From a virus (lineage: Duplodnaviria; Caudoviricetes): DNA of 30,158 bases. This document shows, piece after piece, positions 1 through 7,515 of the stretch. The DNA is taken from positions 1 through 30,158 of the IMG/VR virus record IMGVR_UViG_3300032087_000975; one strand, 5' to 3'. Every line of letters begins with the position of its first letter. Position 1 is the first letter of the stretch. Both the position numbers and the translations under genes were made by a program. Under the pieces are notes generated by a model, which did not search any database, was not told where the DNA came from, and saw only the letters and a program-made list of their open reading frames with translations.

Positions 1-446
1 GGCAAGATGCTACCCTTATAAAAGATTTAAAACTAGCAGCAGATAAGGCAGATTTTGTACTAACGGGTCAAACATCTGTATTTAATGTAAAAATAAGTGC
101 AGCACATGGTTCGTTTATTCTAACGGGTCAAGACATTGCTCTTAATAAAGCAGTTAATATTAATGCAGAAGTTGGTAATTTTGTTCTTACTGGGCAAGAT
201 GCGCTTAAAGGTATTAGCGAAATTGCAGCAGCCGCATCTTATGCGTTAACTGGGCAAGATGTTTCGTTTAATGTAACTCTTAATGCAGAAACGGGTAGCT
301 TTACCTTAACAGGGCAAGATGCCCTAAAAGACATTATCGAAATAATACCTTCAGCGTCTTTTGTTTTAACAGGGCAAGACGTTACCTTTAGAGTAAACAT
401 TTCTTTAATAGCTGAACACGCTATATTTACCCTTACTGGGCAAGAT
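1..446 (+). repeat. Coding tandem repeats LTGQ(D), period 60/66 nt
   Basis: LTGQ codons start at 60, 120, 186, 246, 306, 366 and 432, plus a partial copy at position 1. Copies vary at synonymous positions. Confidence 0.9.
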
Positions 447-650
447 GCAGAACCTAAATTTGTGCTAATACGCACTGAATTTGATGGTTATGAACAGCAG
501 TCAGAATTTATAAAAGCAAGCACAGTAGAATTGACTACGGGCAAGCCAAACATAGTTGAAATAGAAGCCGTAGACGAAAATGATTTACAGCTATTTGAAC
601 AGACGCAAAATAGTGTTACAATAGAACCAACATTTAACAGGGCAGCATAA
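3..650 (+). CDS. 5'-truncated repeat-rich virion/tail-associated protein (F/Y-x-LTGQ(D) repeats)
   Basis: Frame +3 is open from the window start to TAA at 648-650. My translation: QDATLIKDLKLAADKADFVLTGQTSVFNVKISAAHGSFILTGQDIAL... The 462..650 track ORF is only its C-terminus. Confidence 0.85.
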   Translation, partial: QDATLIKDLKLAADKADFVLTGQTSVFNVKISAAHGSFILTGQDIALNKAVNINAEVGNFVLTGQDALKGISEIAAAASYALTGQDVSFNVTLNAETGSFTLTGQDALKDIIEIIPSASFVLTGQDVTFRVNISLIAEHAIFTLTGQDAEPKFVLIRTEFDGYEQQSEFIKASTVELTTGKPNIVEIEAVDENDLQLFEQTQNSVTIEPTFNRAA

Positions 651-976
651 TGAGTTTTTACATTAAACAAAACGATACAGCACCTTCTTTAAAGGCAACA
701 CTAAAAGACGGTGACGGTAATGTGATTAATTTAACGGATGCTAGTGTACGCTTTCACATGCGTACTGTCGGCGGCGCAAGCAGCGTAGTAGACGCAGCAG
801 CTACAGTAAATAGCCCTGCAACTGCTGGTGTTGTGCAATACGATTGGGTTGCAACAGACACTGTTACTACGGGAGCATATCAAGCAGAATTTGAAGTAAC
901 CTATGGCAATAGTAAGATTGAGAGTTTCCCAAATAACGGGTATATACGGGTGCAAATCGTTGATGACATTACCTAG
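650..976 (+). CDS. BppU N-terminal-like Ig-fold virion protein
   Basis: MSFYIKQNDTAPSL...INLTDASVRFHM...GVVQYDW...GAYQAEFEVTY...ESFPN pattern. Start overlaps the upstream stop (TAATG). Confidence 0.65.
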   Translation: MSFYIKQNDTAPSLKATLKDGDGNVINLTDASVRFHMRTVGGASSVVDAAATVNSPATAGVVQYDWVATDTVTTGAYQAEFEVTYGNSKIESFPNNGYIRVQIVDDIT

Positions 977-986
977 GACAGAATTA

Positions 987-1238
987 ATGGCAGCAGAAAA
1001 TTGGCACTTGTCTAAAACAATACCAATTACTTTTTTAGTTGGTATCATAGCGCAAACGTTTATTTTAGGTTGGTTAATAGCCGATGCGCAAAATACTATA
1101 GAAACTAACAGCGCAAACATCATGCGCAATCAGGCAGATATTCAGGTATTAGAAAATAAAGTAAATGACCATGCTGTGATGATGGGTCGTATAGATGAAA
1201 ACCTGAAGTTTTTGCGTGAATATATAGAAAAGCAATAA
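987..1238 (+). CDS. Single-TM coiled-coil membrane protein (lysis cassette)
   Basis: ATG 987 follows AGGA. Hydrophobic IPITFLVGIIAQTFILGWLI precedes a heptad-like tail. The track start at 903 overlaps the previous gene and is unlikely. Confidence 0.7.
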   Translation: MAAENWHLSKTIPITFLVGIIAQTFILGWLIADAQNTIETNSANIMRNQADIQVLENKVNDHAVMMGRIDENLKFLREYIEKQ

Positions 1239-1240
1239 AA

Positions 1241-1708
1241 ATGCCTATTTTGGAGAGTATAGCCGCAGCAAATGCGGCTTATTCCGTCATACGCACGGCG
1301 CTCAGTAACGGGAGGGAAACCGCTGGGCTTATAGGCGCTGTAGGAAAATTTATAGGCGCAGAAGAAGATGTAAAAGACGCGTTAGCTAAGAAAAAAAGAA
1401 ACCCAATTGCGGCTATTGCTGGCGGTCAGCAAGGGGATTGGGAAGAATTTCAAGCATTAGAAAAGTTAAAGGAACAGCGTCGAGAACTCGAAAGTTGGGT
1501 AAGATTGTACGGTTCTAGTGGGCAATGGGATAGGTGGCAAGAGTGGCAAAAAGAAGCCAGAAAACAACGTCAAGCAGCTAAGAAAGCGCGAGAAATAGCA
1601 AGGCAAAAACGGAATGAACAAATTGCATTAGGTGCTGCAATACTATTAGCGGTTGGTGGCGCAGTTGGTGGGGTTTATTATATCGGTGTTTTAGTAGGGA
1701 AATTTTGA
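1241..1708 (+). CDS. Hypothetical protein with charged coiled coil and C-terminal TM anchor
   Basis: 155-aa ORF ending in the hydrophobic segment IALGAAILLAVGGAVGGVYYIGVLVG. Confidence 0.8.
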   Translation: MPILESIAAANAAYSVIRTALSNGRETAGLIGAVGKFIGAEEDVKDALAKKKRNPIAAIAGGQQGDWEEFQALEKLKEQRRELESWVRLYGSSGQWDRWQEWQKEARKQRQAAKKAREIARQKRNEQIALGAAILLAVGGAVGGVYYIGVLVGKF

Positions 1709-1717
1709 GTTGGGAAA

Positions 1718-1846
1718 GTAATAATAATAGAAAAAAATAGAAAATATATTGTATATGACAAAAACGGAAAAATAATTATAATTACCCGTGATAAAAAAAT
1801 AGTGAATAACATAGTTAGGAAATCAAATGGTACAAGTAACGTCTAA
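1718..1846 (+). CDS. Possible small protein without a canonical start (VIIIEKNRKYIVYDKNGKIIIITRDKKIV...)
   Basis: An open frame fills the 1709-1826 gap and ends at TAA 1844-1846. The sequence looks protein-like, but only GTA/ATA starts are available near the 5' end. Confidence 0.4.
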   Translation, partial: VIIIEKNRKYIVYDKNGKIIIITRDKKIVNNIVRKSNGTSNV

Positions 1847-2054
1847 AATTCTTGACGAATTAAAAATATTACCGCGCTTGATGATGTTGGCAATAACTAT
1901 AATGTGTTTTCAGGTTACAAATTGGATGATTAGCCTTGAAGATCCGACACTAAATCAATCTGGGTTTTGTAGCGTAATTTTTGGATGTTTCAGCGCCTGT
2001 TTTGCGGTGTGGTTAGGAAAAGAAGCTAAAACAGATCGGAGTATTGTAGAATGA
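1827..2054 (+). CDS. Two-TM holin-like membrane protein
   Basis: Two hydrophobic helices, AGGA RBS, position in the lysis cassette. Confidence 0.65.
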   Translation: MVQVTSKILDELKILPRLMMLAITIMCFQVTNWMISLEDPTLNQSGFCSVIFGCFSACFAVWLGKEAKTDRSIVE

Positions 2055-2434
2055 TTGGGTCTTTGATTGCGCCACTAGCTGAATTGGCTGGTGGCTGGCT
2101 TAAAGGAAAAGCTGATGCAAACGCAGCAGCAGCAAATTTAAAGCTGGTAGAGGCAGAAGCAAAAGCCGCAATAATGAAAAGTGAGAAAACAAGCCTTGCG
2201 GAGTGGGAAAAGCTGATGGCGCAAGGCGCACAGCATAGCTGGAAAGATGAGATGTTCAGTATAGTGCTAGTTTTGCCCTGCTGTTTAGCCTTCTGTGGTG
2301 AATGGGGCAGGCAAATAGTAACAAATGGTTTTGCAGCACTAGATGCTATGCCCGATTACTACCGTTATTTTTTAGGTTGTGCGATAGCTGCAAGTTTTGG
2401 TATTCGTGGAGCAACAAAATTTTGGGGTAAGTAA
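2051..2434 (+). CDS. Holin, 3TM (GTA_holin_3TM-like)
   Basis: SWKDE...LAF...GFAALDAMPDYY...ASFGIRG pattern typical of this family. ATGA overlap with the previous gene. Confidence 0.7.
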   Translation: MIGSLIAPLAELAGGWLKGKADANAAAANLKLVEAEAKAAIMKSEKTSLAEWEKLMAQGAQHSWKDEMFSIVLVLPCCLAFCGEWGRQIVTNGFAALDAMPDYYRYFLGCAIAASFGIRGATKFWGK

Positions 2435-2527
2435 ATGGAAATGTGGCAATGGATAATGTTATTTTCGGCAGTAAGTTTAAATACATTGGTTAATTGTTTA
2501 CGGCTATACTTAGAAAGTAAAAGATGA
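2435..2527 (+). CDS. 30-aa hydrophobic peptide MEMWQWIMLFSAVSLNTLVNCLRLYLESKR
   Basis: ATG directly follows the holin stop and its TGA overlaps the next ATG, so it fills the gap exactly. Below the track size cut-off. Confidence 0.7.
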   Translation: MEMWQWIMLFSAVSLNTLVNCLRLYLESKR

Positions 2528-2781
2528 AAATAAATCTTAGCTTGTGGTTCGCTTTAATTGTGCAGTTGGTTGCGTTAGTCTGGTATATTAGCGGCCTTGT
2601 ACATGATTTAAACAATTTAAAAGAACAAACATCAGCACAACAGGATATAATTGATTTACTGTCAGAAGATGTAAACGATTTATGGACATTTTGCACTTTT
2701 ACGGAAAACAAGTGGGCAGAAGCATATACTAGCGATATGGTCTACCAAAGATTATGCGGTACTAAGGAAATAGTGGAGTAA
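2524..2781 (+). CDS. N-terminal TM plus coiled-coil protein (possible spanin-like lysis accessory)
   Basis: N-terminal hydrophobic helix, heptad region and two C-terminal Cys. Lies directly before the endolysin. Confidence 0.65.
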   Translation: MKINLSLWFALIVQLVALVWYISGLVHDLNNLKEQTSAQQDIIDLLSEDVNDLWTFCTFTENKWAEAYTSDMVYQRLCGTKEIVE

Positions 2782-2786
2782 AACCA

Positions 2787-3404
2787 ATGGCTAAAGGTGA
2801 CGCGCTAAAATATCTGCAAAAGCAATGCAATGTAATGGCTGATGCTAAGTTTGGTATCAATACGGCTAGAGCAATAGCAAAAAAATACAAATGGTCACAA
2901 TTACGGGCAGCACACATTTTAGGTCAATGCGCCCATGAAAGCGGAAACTTTATTAGAACAGAAGAAAGCACGTATTATAGTACAGCCAAACGAATTAGAA
3001 AAACTTGGCCTACACGATTTAAAACCGATGCTGACGCTGAACCTTACGTAAAGAACCCAAAGGCTTTAGCTGACAAAGTTTACGGTGGTCGTATGCAAAA
3101 CCAAGGCAGGGGTTATTTTTGGCGTGGTCGGGGTTTTATACAATTAACGGGCGCTATGAATTATAAATCTTTTGCTGAAGATACAAAGCTTTATGAAGTG
3201 TTAAAAAATCCCGATTTAGTTGCAACAGAATACGCAATGCAAAGTGCTATTTGGTTTTTTGACGTAAACGATCTTTGGGATGATTGTGACAATGGTTTAG
3301 ACGTTGAAAACATAAAGTTCATTACCAAACGAATTAACAACGGTTACAAAGGTTTAAAAGACCGCATAGAAAAAACTAATAAGATTTATAACTGGCTTAG
3401 TTAA
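2787..3404 (+). CDS. Glycoside hydrolase family 19 endolysin
   Basis: AHILGQCAHES, WRGRGFIQLTG..NY, PDLVA, SAIWF and ITKRINNG..GL.DR motifs. GGAG RBS. Confidence 0.93.
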   Translation: MAKGDALKYLQKQCNVMADAKFGINTARAIAKKYKWSQLRAAHILGQCAHESGNFIRTEESTYYSTAKRIRKTWPTRFKTDADAEPYVKNPKALADKVYGGRMQNQGRGYFWRGRGFIQLTGAMNYKSFAEDTKLYEVLKNPDLVATEYAMQSAIWFFDVNDLWDDCDNGLDVENIKFITKRINNGYKGLKDRIEKTNKIYNWLS

Positions 3405-3901
3405 CTAAAAAATAAACTGTTTTTTTGGAAATGATATACGTTAACTTTTCTTTTTGACGTTTCAATCCAAGTGTTTTTATGCGAAATACCTTTTCTATCG
3501 CCTAGTCGTTTCCAGCCAACGCCTTTCCAAAATTCATTGCTAGGTAAATCATCAGCGCAACCACAAGCAAAATCGTGTATGCCTCTGCTTTGACCGTGTT
3601 TCATTCCAGCGTCTAACAATGCTTTACCTCTTTCAATTCTTCTTGCATCCTCTTGAATAGCAATTTGATTTACTTTTGACCATTTGCCAAAAGACATTAA
3701 AAGAAAACCAACTTTATCACCATTTTCTTCACATATCCATAGTTTGTCATTACAAGTATTAGACCACCTTTTACCAGTTTTTTCACCAGTGATTGCTGCT
3801 TGATATGCAGTATTGGGTATAAACCCTAAAGCATTGCTTTCTATTTTTGATAAAGAATGAATATATTTTAAATCATTCAAGTTTGCTAATCTTACTTTCA
3901 T
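3401..3901 (-). CDS. GNAT-family N-acetyltransferase
   Basis: N-terminal VRLA...DL, VGFL strand, motif-A-like IAIQEDARRIERGKALL and motif-B-like SNEFWKGVGW. Confidence 0.85.
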   Translation of the reverse strand: MKVRLANLNDLKYIHSLSKIESNALGFIPNTAYQAAITGEKTGKRWSNTCNDKLWICEENGDKVGFLLMSFGKWSKVNQIAIQEDARRIERGKALLDAGMKHGQSRGIHDFACGCADDLPSNEFWKGVGWKRLGDRKGISHKNTWIETSKRKVNVYHFQKNSLFFS

Positions 3902-3930
3902 AAAAGTATTCCTTAGTAAGCATTGTTAAA

Positions 3931-3959
3931 ATTATACAAAACTTTACTTATTAGGTCTA
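3931..3959 (-). promoter_or_regulatory. Sigma70-type promoter for the GNAT gene
   Basis: Minus strand TAGACC (3959-3954), 17-nt spacer, TATAAT (3936-3931), then TAAGGA RBS. Confidence 0.65.
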
Positions 3960-4171
3960 GGCATAGGCTTCACAAGCTCATTAGAGGCGTATGCAGTGCC
4001 TTTGCAGTGTATTAGCACTGTGTCATGGTGATTTTCCATTATGGCGAACATAGCGCCTTTAGAATAGCTACACGCATCATAGCTAGGGAATAGAATTTGA
4101 TGTGTTATTTGTTCGCCTTCAACAAAATAACTTAATATCATAAAAGTGTAATACTTTAGCATTGTAATCAT
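3944..4171 (-). CDS. Hypothetical protein (two Cys)
   Basis: ORF with AAGGA RBS in the leftward operon. Confidence 0.75.
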   Translation of the reverse strand: MITMLKYYTFMILSYFVEGEQITHQILFPSYDACSYSKGAMFAIMENHHDTVLIHCKGTAYASNELVKPMPRPNK

Positions 4172-4195
4172 TCCTTTAAAATTTTATTATTGATA

Positions 4196-4250
4196 TGGGG
4201 CAGGTTCATTAAAATCTAATAAACAGCGTTATCAGTAACGCACTGCCTCA
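4196..4250. other. Putative intergenic three-way-junction RNA structure
   Basis: Outer stem tggggcag/ctgcctca encloses ttcatta/taataaa and a perfect gcgtta/taacgc hairpin. Confidence 0.45.
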
Positions 4251-4502
4251 CGATCTAATTTGATCCCAAGGTGCAGGCGGAAGCGTTACTTCATTTGGTA
4301 TTAAAAGTTCTTGTGCAACGGACGTTCTGCCACCATCTTTTTTAAGAAACGCTACGCCTTGATGATGCGCTATCCTACGTAGTGAATTTTGATCTACGCC
4401 TAATTGTTTGCTGGCTTCCATTATTGTTAAATGGCTATGGTCTAACAGCAAACATTTAATTTCTGCTTTGTGGCGTTCGCGCATTTGTCTATAAATACTC
4501 AT
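4248..4502 (-). CDS. Small HTH-like DNA-binding protein
   Basis: LTIMEASKQLGVDQNSLRRIA fits an HTH pattern. Confidence 0.6.
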   Translation of the reverse strand: MSIYRQMRERHKAEIKCLLLDHSHLTIMEASKQLGVDQNSLRRIAHHQGVAFLKKDGGRTSVAQELLIPNEVTLPPAPWDQIRS

Positions 4503-4618
4503 TGGAACACCAGCACAAAAAATAAACCAACATACAACATGCCAACTAAAGACAGTGCGCCTATTATATCACCTATGGTAATTGTCTTTGCTATTTCTAT
4601 TAATTCTCTAAGTGTCAT
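4499..4618 (-). CDS. 39-aa single-TM protein MTLRELIEIAKTITIGDIIGALSLVGMLYVGLFFVLVFQ
   Basis: ATGA overlaps with both neighbours. Not in the track because of its size. Confidence 0.75.
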   Translation of the reverse strand: MTLRELIEIAKTITIGDIIGALSLVGMLYVGLFFVLVFQ

Positions 4619-4836
4619 ATTACTGTACCTGCTTCTTTGATTAGAAAATATTGCGCTACTTCAGTGTATTCGTCAATTCGTAACCGTTTAGTTTCTATGT
4701 GGTGGCCTGCATCGCGCAAACGTTTTATTCGTGCAGCTAACCTAAAACACCCGTATGAATTTAAAGCCTGTTTAGGTGTAATAGGATTTTTCCGTAGATG
4801 CTGCAAAATCATTTGTTCTTGTGATATACGGGTCAT
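4615..4836 (-). CDS. Winged helix-turn-helix protein (HTH_39-like)
   Basis: SQ..IL.HL...IT...AL..YGCFRLAARI..LR..G..I.T signature. Confidence 0.85.
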   Translation of the reverse strand: MTRISQEQMILQHLRKNPITPKQALNSYGCFRLAARIKRLRDAGHHIETKRLRIDEYTEVAQYFLIKEAGTVI

Positions 4837-5103
4837 TTAATTTCCTTCATAACGTTCGTTTAAGTGTTCGCTGATGTCTTTAGCGTATTTTTCCATTATC
4901 GCGTCTGCTAGGCGCTTGTGTAGCTTCCTAGCGCGTTCTGGGTGATAAAGGTTTTCTGTACTAAAGCTTGCATGTGACCAAGCTGGTTCGTCTGAACCGT
5001 AAGCATTAGAACCGCCTGATTGCATGTCAAAATACACTTCTATGGTTATTTCTTTACCACGCAATTCGCATGTGAAATAATCGTAATTATCTGTAATGCT
5101 CAT
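4837..5103 (-). CDS. Hypothetical protein
   Basis: Tightly packed ORF in the leftward operon. Confidence 0.75.
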   Translation of the reverse strand: MSITDNYDYFTCELRGKEITIEVYFDMQSGGSNAYGSDEPAWSHASFSTENLYHPERARKLHKRLADAIMEKYAKDISEHLNERYEGN

Positions 5104-5447
5104 TGTTCGTACTTTTCTGCTGCTTCATCAATACGGTTCATTATTACAGCAACAGCAACACCTAAGTCTTTTAATGATGCTTCTTCTGCACATTCGCGTA
5201 TTGTTTGCCAATCGTGTTTTTTAACAAACGGTGATGGTTTGTTGATTTGTGGCATATCAAACTTAACGCTATCGCGTTCTAAATCTTGTGGGCTTTGTGG
5301 GCGCACTCTATAAGAGTTTAAGAACTCTAAAAGTTGCGCTTTTGCTGTTGGTACGTCAACTTCTTTGAAATTGCCTTTACCCAAAGCTTTTTTTGCGTCT
5401 AATTGTGTGCCTACCCATTGGCCTTTATTGTCTGTATATAGTTTCAT
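5100..5447 (-). CDS. Hypothetical protein (MKLYTDNKGQWVGTQ...)
   Basis: Start moved to ATG 5447, which follows the RBS GGAAGGA. Confidence 0.75.
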   Translation of the reverse strand: MKLYTDNKGQWVGTQLDAKKALGKGNFKEVDVPTAKAQLLEFLNSYRVRPQSPQDLERDSVKFDMPQINKPSPFVKKHDWQTIRECAEEASLKDLGVAVAVIMNRIDEAAEKYEQ

Positions 5448-5472
5448 TTGGTTTGTTCCTTCCGTTAAGAAT

Positions 5473-6048
5473 TTAATAATCTTCACCATCAAGCATTACT
5501 TTTGATGGTCTTTGTATTACAGTTTGTTTAACGCCATCGCGTATATCGTGCGCTTTGACTGTAGCTACACAATCTATTTGTGACCCTTTTTTCCATTTTT
5601 GTGTGCCTTTATAGATAACAACGTTGTTATCAGCGTCACGACATATGTTAATATAGGAAAACCCGTACATTGTTTCTAATTCTACAATGTGCATAACGAT
5701 TACTGTAAATGACTGACGTTCACCTACGTTACCAACCCATGCACATTTAGCGTCTTGTTCTGCCCATTTAGCAGCTTGTGCAGCGCGTTTATCAAGTATG
5801 GCAACCATTTTATCGCGCATATTGTCAGTAGGTTTACCGTATGTCTGTATTCCGTAATTTACAGCGTTAAAAAAACCTATGCCATCGTTTGATGCTTCAT
5901 AGCCAGAAACAAATTCTATAATTTCTGCTGCACGTTCATCAGATGCAAGCCAGTTTTTGCGTTTTGTGTTAGCAGCATTAGCTAATTTACGCGCCTCAAT
6001 AGACGGGTAATAATGATGTTCATAATCGTGGGTTTCGTCGTATGCCAT
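5473..6048 (-). CDS. Hypothetical protein with probable C-terminal OB-fold
   Basis: C-terminal VG.VGER...YG...D...N...KG......ATVKAH....GVKQT.I.RP beta-rich pattern. Confidence 0.65.
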   Translation of the reverse strand: MAYDETHDYEHHYYPSIEARKLANAANTKRKNWLASDERAAEIIEFVSGYEASNDGIGFFNAVNYGIQTYGKPTDNMRDKMVAILDKRAAQAAKWAEQDAKCAWVGNVGERQSFTVIVMHIVELETMYGFSYINICRDADNNVVIYKGTQKWKKGSQIDCVATVKAHDIRDGVKQTVIQRPSKVMLDGEDY

Positions 6049-6063
6049 TGGAAAAACCTTTCT

Positions 6064-6081
6064 GGGGGGGATACCCCCCCC
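6064..6081. other. G7-ATA-C8 intergenic hairpin
   Basis: ggggggg ata cccccccc between two early genes, next to the RBS of 6048. No immediate U-tract. Confidence 0.7.
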
Positions 6082-6087
6082 TGTTAG

Positions 6088-6636
6088 TTAGAAATTATAA
6101 TCGTGAAATTTAGAAGGTGCAGTTGCTAATGCGTGGCGTCCGATAGCTGAGTAATAATATCCGTCTTTGCGTCTACGGATACGCACAGTGTCATTTTTCG
6201 CGTTAGTATTATATAACCATTTTTGTTCATGGTTATTTACAGTGTAACCTGAAAAGCCACCTTTTACGGTTTCTGGTTTCCATGTTGGATCAAGTTGCGC
6301 GTCAACTAATCTAACTTCTAGTGTTCGTGGTGATACAACTTTGACTATTTCATACGGGTGTTTATCAGAATAACCGTGAAAATTAGCGTGTGTATAATCA
6401 ATAGCTTCAACATTATAAACGTAAGTATTGATGTATTCTCCAGAGCGACTAACTGGTAATTGCTCAATAAAGGTTTCTGCATCTGTACATAAATCAAAAG
6501 TTTTTAAAGGTACAGAACTAAGCTCTAATCTGTCATACTGAATACCGTTTACATATCTTTTATCGCAAATGTGGCTACGCTGACCATCGCGGCTAGAAAT
6601 TTTTTCGGTTACTGTAATTACGTACTGTCTTAACAT
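6088..6636 (-). CDS. Hypothetical protein, first gene of the leftward early operon
   Basis: Strong RBS GGAGGA and an upstream promoter. Confidence 0.85.
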   Translation of the reverse strand: MLRQYVITVTEKISSRDGQRSHICDKRYVNGIQYDRLELSSVPLKTFDLCTDAETFIEQLPVSRSGEYINTYVYNVEAIDYTHANFHGYSDKHPYEIVKVVSPRTLEVRLVDAQLDPTWKPETVKGGFSGYTVNNHEQKWLYNTNAKNDTVRIRRRKDGYYYSAIGRHALATAPSKFHDYNF

Positions 6637-6661
6637 TATAAGTTCCTCCGTTTATAAGTTA

Positions 6662-6694
6662 AGTATATACATCTATACGTAAAGCACAAGTGCT
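6662..6694 (-). promoter_or_regulatory. Early leftward promoter with a palindrome over the -35
   Basis: Minus strand (C)TTGTGC, 16-nt spacer, TATACT (6667-6662). Inverted repeat agcac-aa-gtgct at 6683-6694. Confidence 0.6.
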
Positions 6695-6728
6695 AATTTG
6701 TAAACTAAGTAAGAAAAAGCAAAAATAA

Positions 6729-6763
6729 TTATACAAAGGCGCAAATTCCTGTACCTTGCGGCT
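6729..6763 (+). promoter_or_regulatory. Possible promoter giving a leaderless rusA mRNA
   Basis: TTATAC, 17-nt spacer, TACCTT (6752-6757). ATG lies 7 nt downstream and there is no SD. Confidence 0.4.
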
Positions 6764-7201
6764 ATGTACAAAGTAGAAATTGAAGTATCTGGGCAACCGA
6801 TTGGCAAGGCTAGGCCACGCTTTGTAAGAAGCGGTAAAACCTACACGCCAGCAAAGACCGTTGACTATGAACGGCGCATACATGCTGCTGCATGGGCTGC
6901 TATGGTTAAACAAGACGTATACCAAACATTACGTCCTGTAAGCGTAGAAATAATAGCGTTTATGCAGATACCTAGTTCATGGTCAAAAGTGAAACAATTA
7001 CACGCTGAATACAACGCTATCAGTCATACAAGTAAACCCGATTTAGATAATATTGTGAAAGTGGCCTTAGACGGGCTTCAAGGTACTTTGTTTAAGAGTG
7101 ATGCGCAGGTAACAAGTATTAAAGCTAGAAAAATGTTTTGTCATCCTGATCGTGGCGCATTTCTTTATATGGCGGTATCATGGACTGAAGAAGGCGAATA
7201 A
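6764..7201 (+). CDS. rusA: RusA-family Holliday junction resolvase
   Basis: G.P.GKARPR, YTP.KT..YE and KPDLDN..K..LDGL....F..DAQV motifs. Confidence 0.93.
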   Translation: MYKVEIEVSGQPIGKARPRFVRSGKTYTPAKTVDYERRIHAAAWAAMVKQDVYQTLRPVSVEIIAFMQIPSSWSKVKQLHAEYNAISHTSKPDLDNIVKVALDGLQGTLFKSDAQVTSIKARKMFCHPDRGAFLYMAVSWTEEGE

Positions 7202-7515
7202 ATCCAATCTGCGCCGTATGTTTCACGCCACAGCTTCGGTTCTTTGTGTATCGCTATTTTAGTCTGATCCCAAAGCCCTTGATGATGCCCCTCACATAAC
7301 GGAATAGCAGTGCTATCAGGCCGTTTCTCAGTGCTAAATCTATCATGTATTGGATGATGCGCTGTTGTAGGGCTATTTTGGCTTTCACCAAAGCGTTTAC
7401 AAACGCAGCAGGGCATTTGCCGTACTTTAAGTAAATATTTAGCGTCTTTTTTCTTTGTTTTTACTTTTTGACCTAATGGGGGGTTTTTAGCTAAATTGGT
7501 CATGTGTCGGATCAT
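7165..7515 (-). CDS. Zn-binding HNH-like nuclease (DUF968/Ref-like)
   Basis: PCCVC...AHH...AIPLC..HH...IH motif. Confidence 0.75.
   Translation of the reverse strand: MIRHMTNLAKNPPLGQKVKTKKKDAKYLLKVRQMPCCVCKRFGESQNSPTTAHHPIHDRFSTEKRPDSTAIPLCEGHHQGLWDQTKIAIHKEPKLWRETYGADWIYSPSSVHDTAI

Noticed and set aside
1-446. Regularly spaced repeats resembling a CRISPR array
   Set aside because: The repeats are short, vary at synonymous positions, have periods divisible by 3 within an open frame, and no cas genes are present.
239-1129. Minus-strand ORFs 239..475, 488..670 and 731..1129
   Set aside because: Antisense shadows of well-supported + strand genes. The SCPV repeats mirror LTGQD.
4196-4250. Hammerhead ribozyme
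   Set aside because: The minus-strand CUGAUAA lies in a hairpin loop/stem and the conserved CUGAnGA/GAAA junction core is absent.
6659-6925. 88-aa minus-strand ORF
   Set aside because: It overlaps rusA in antisense, runs across the promoter region, and has no recognisable features.
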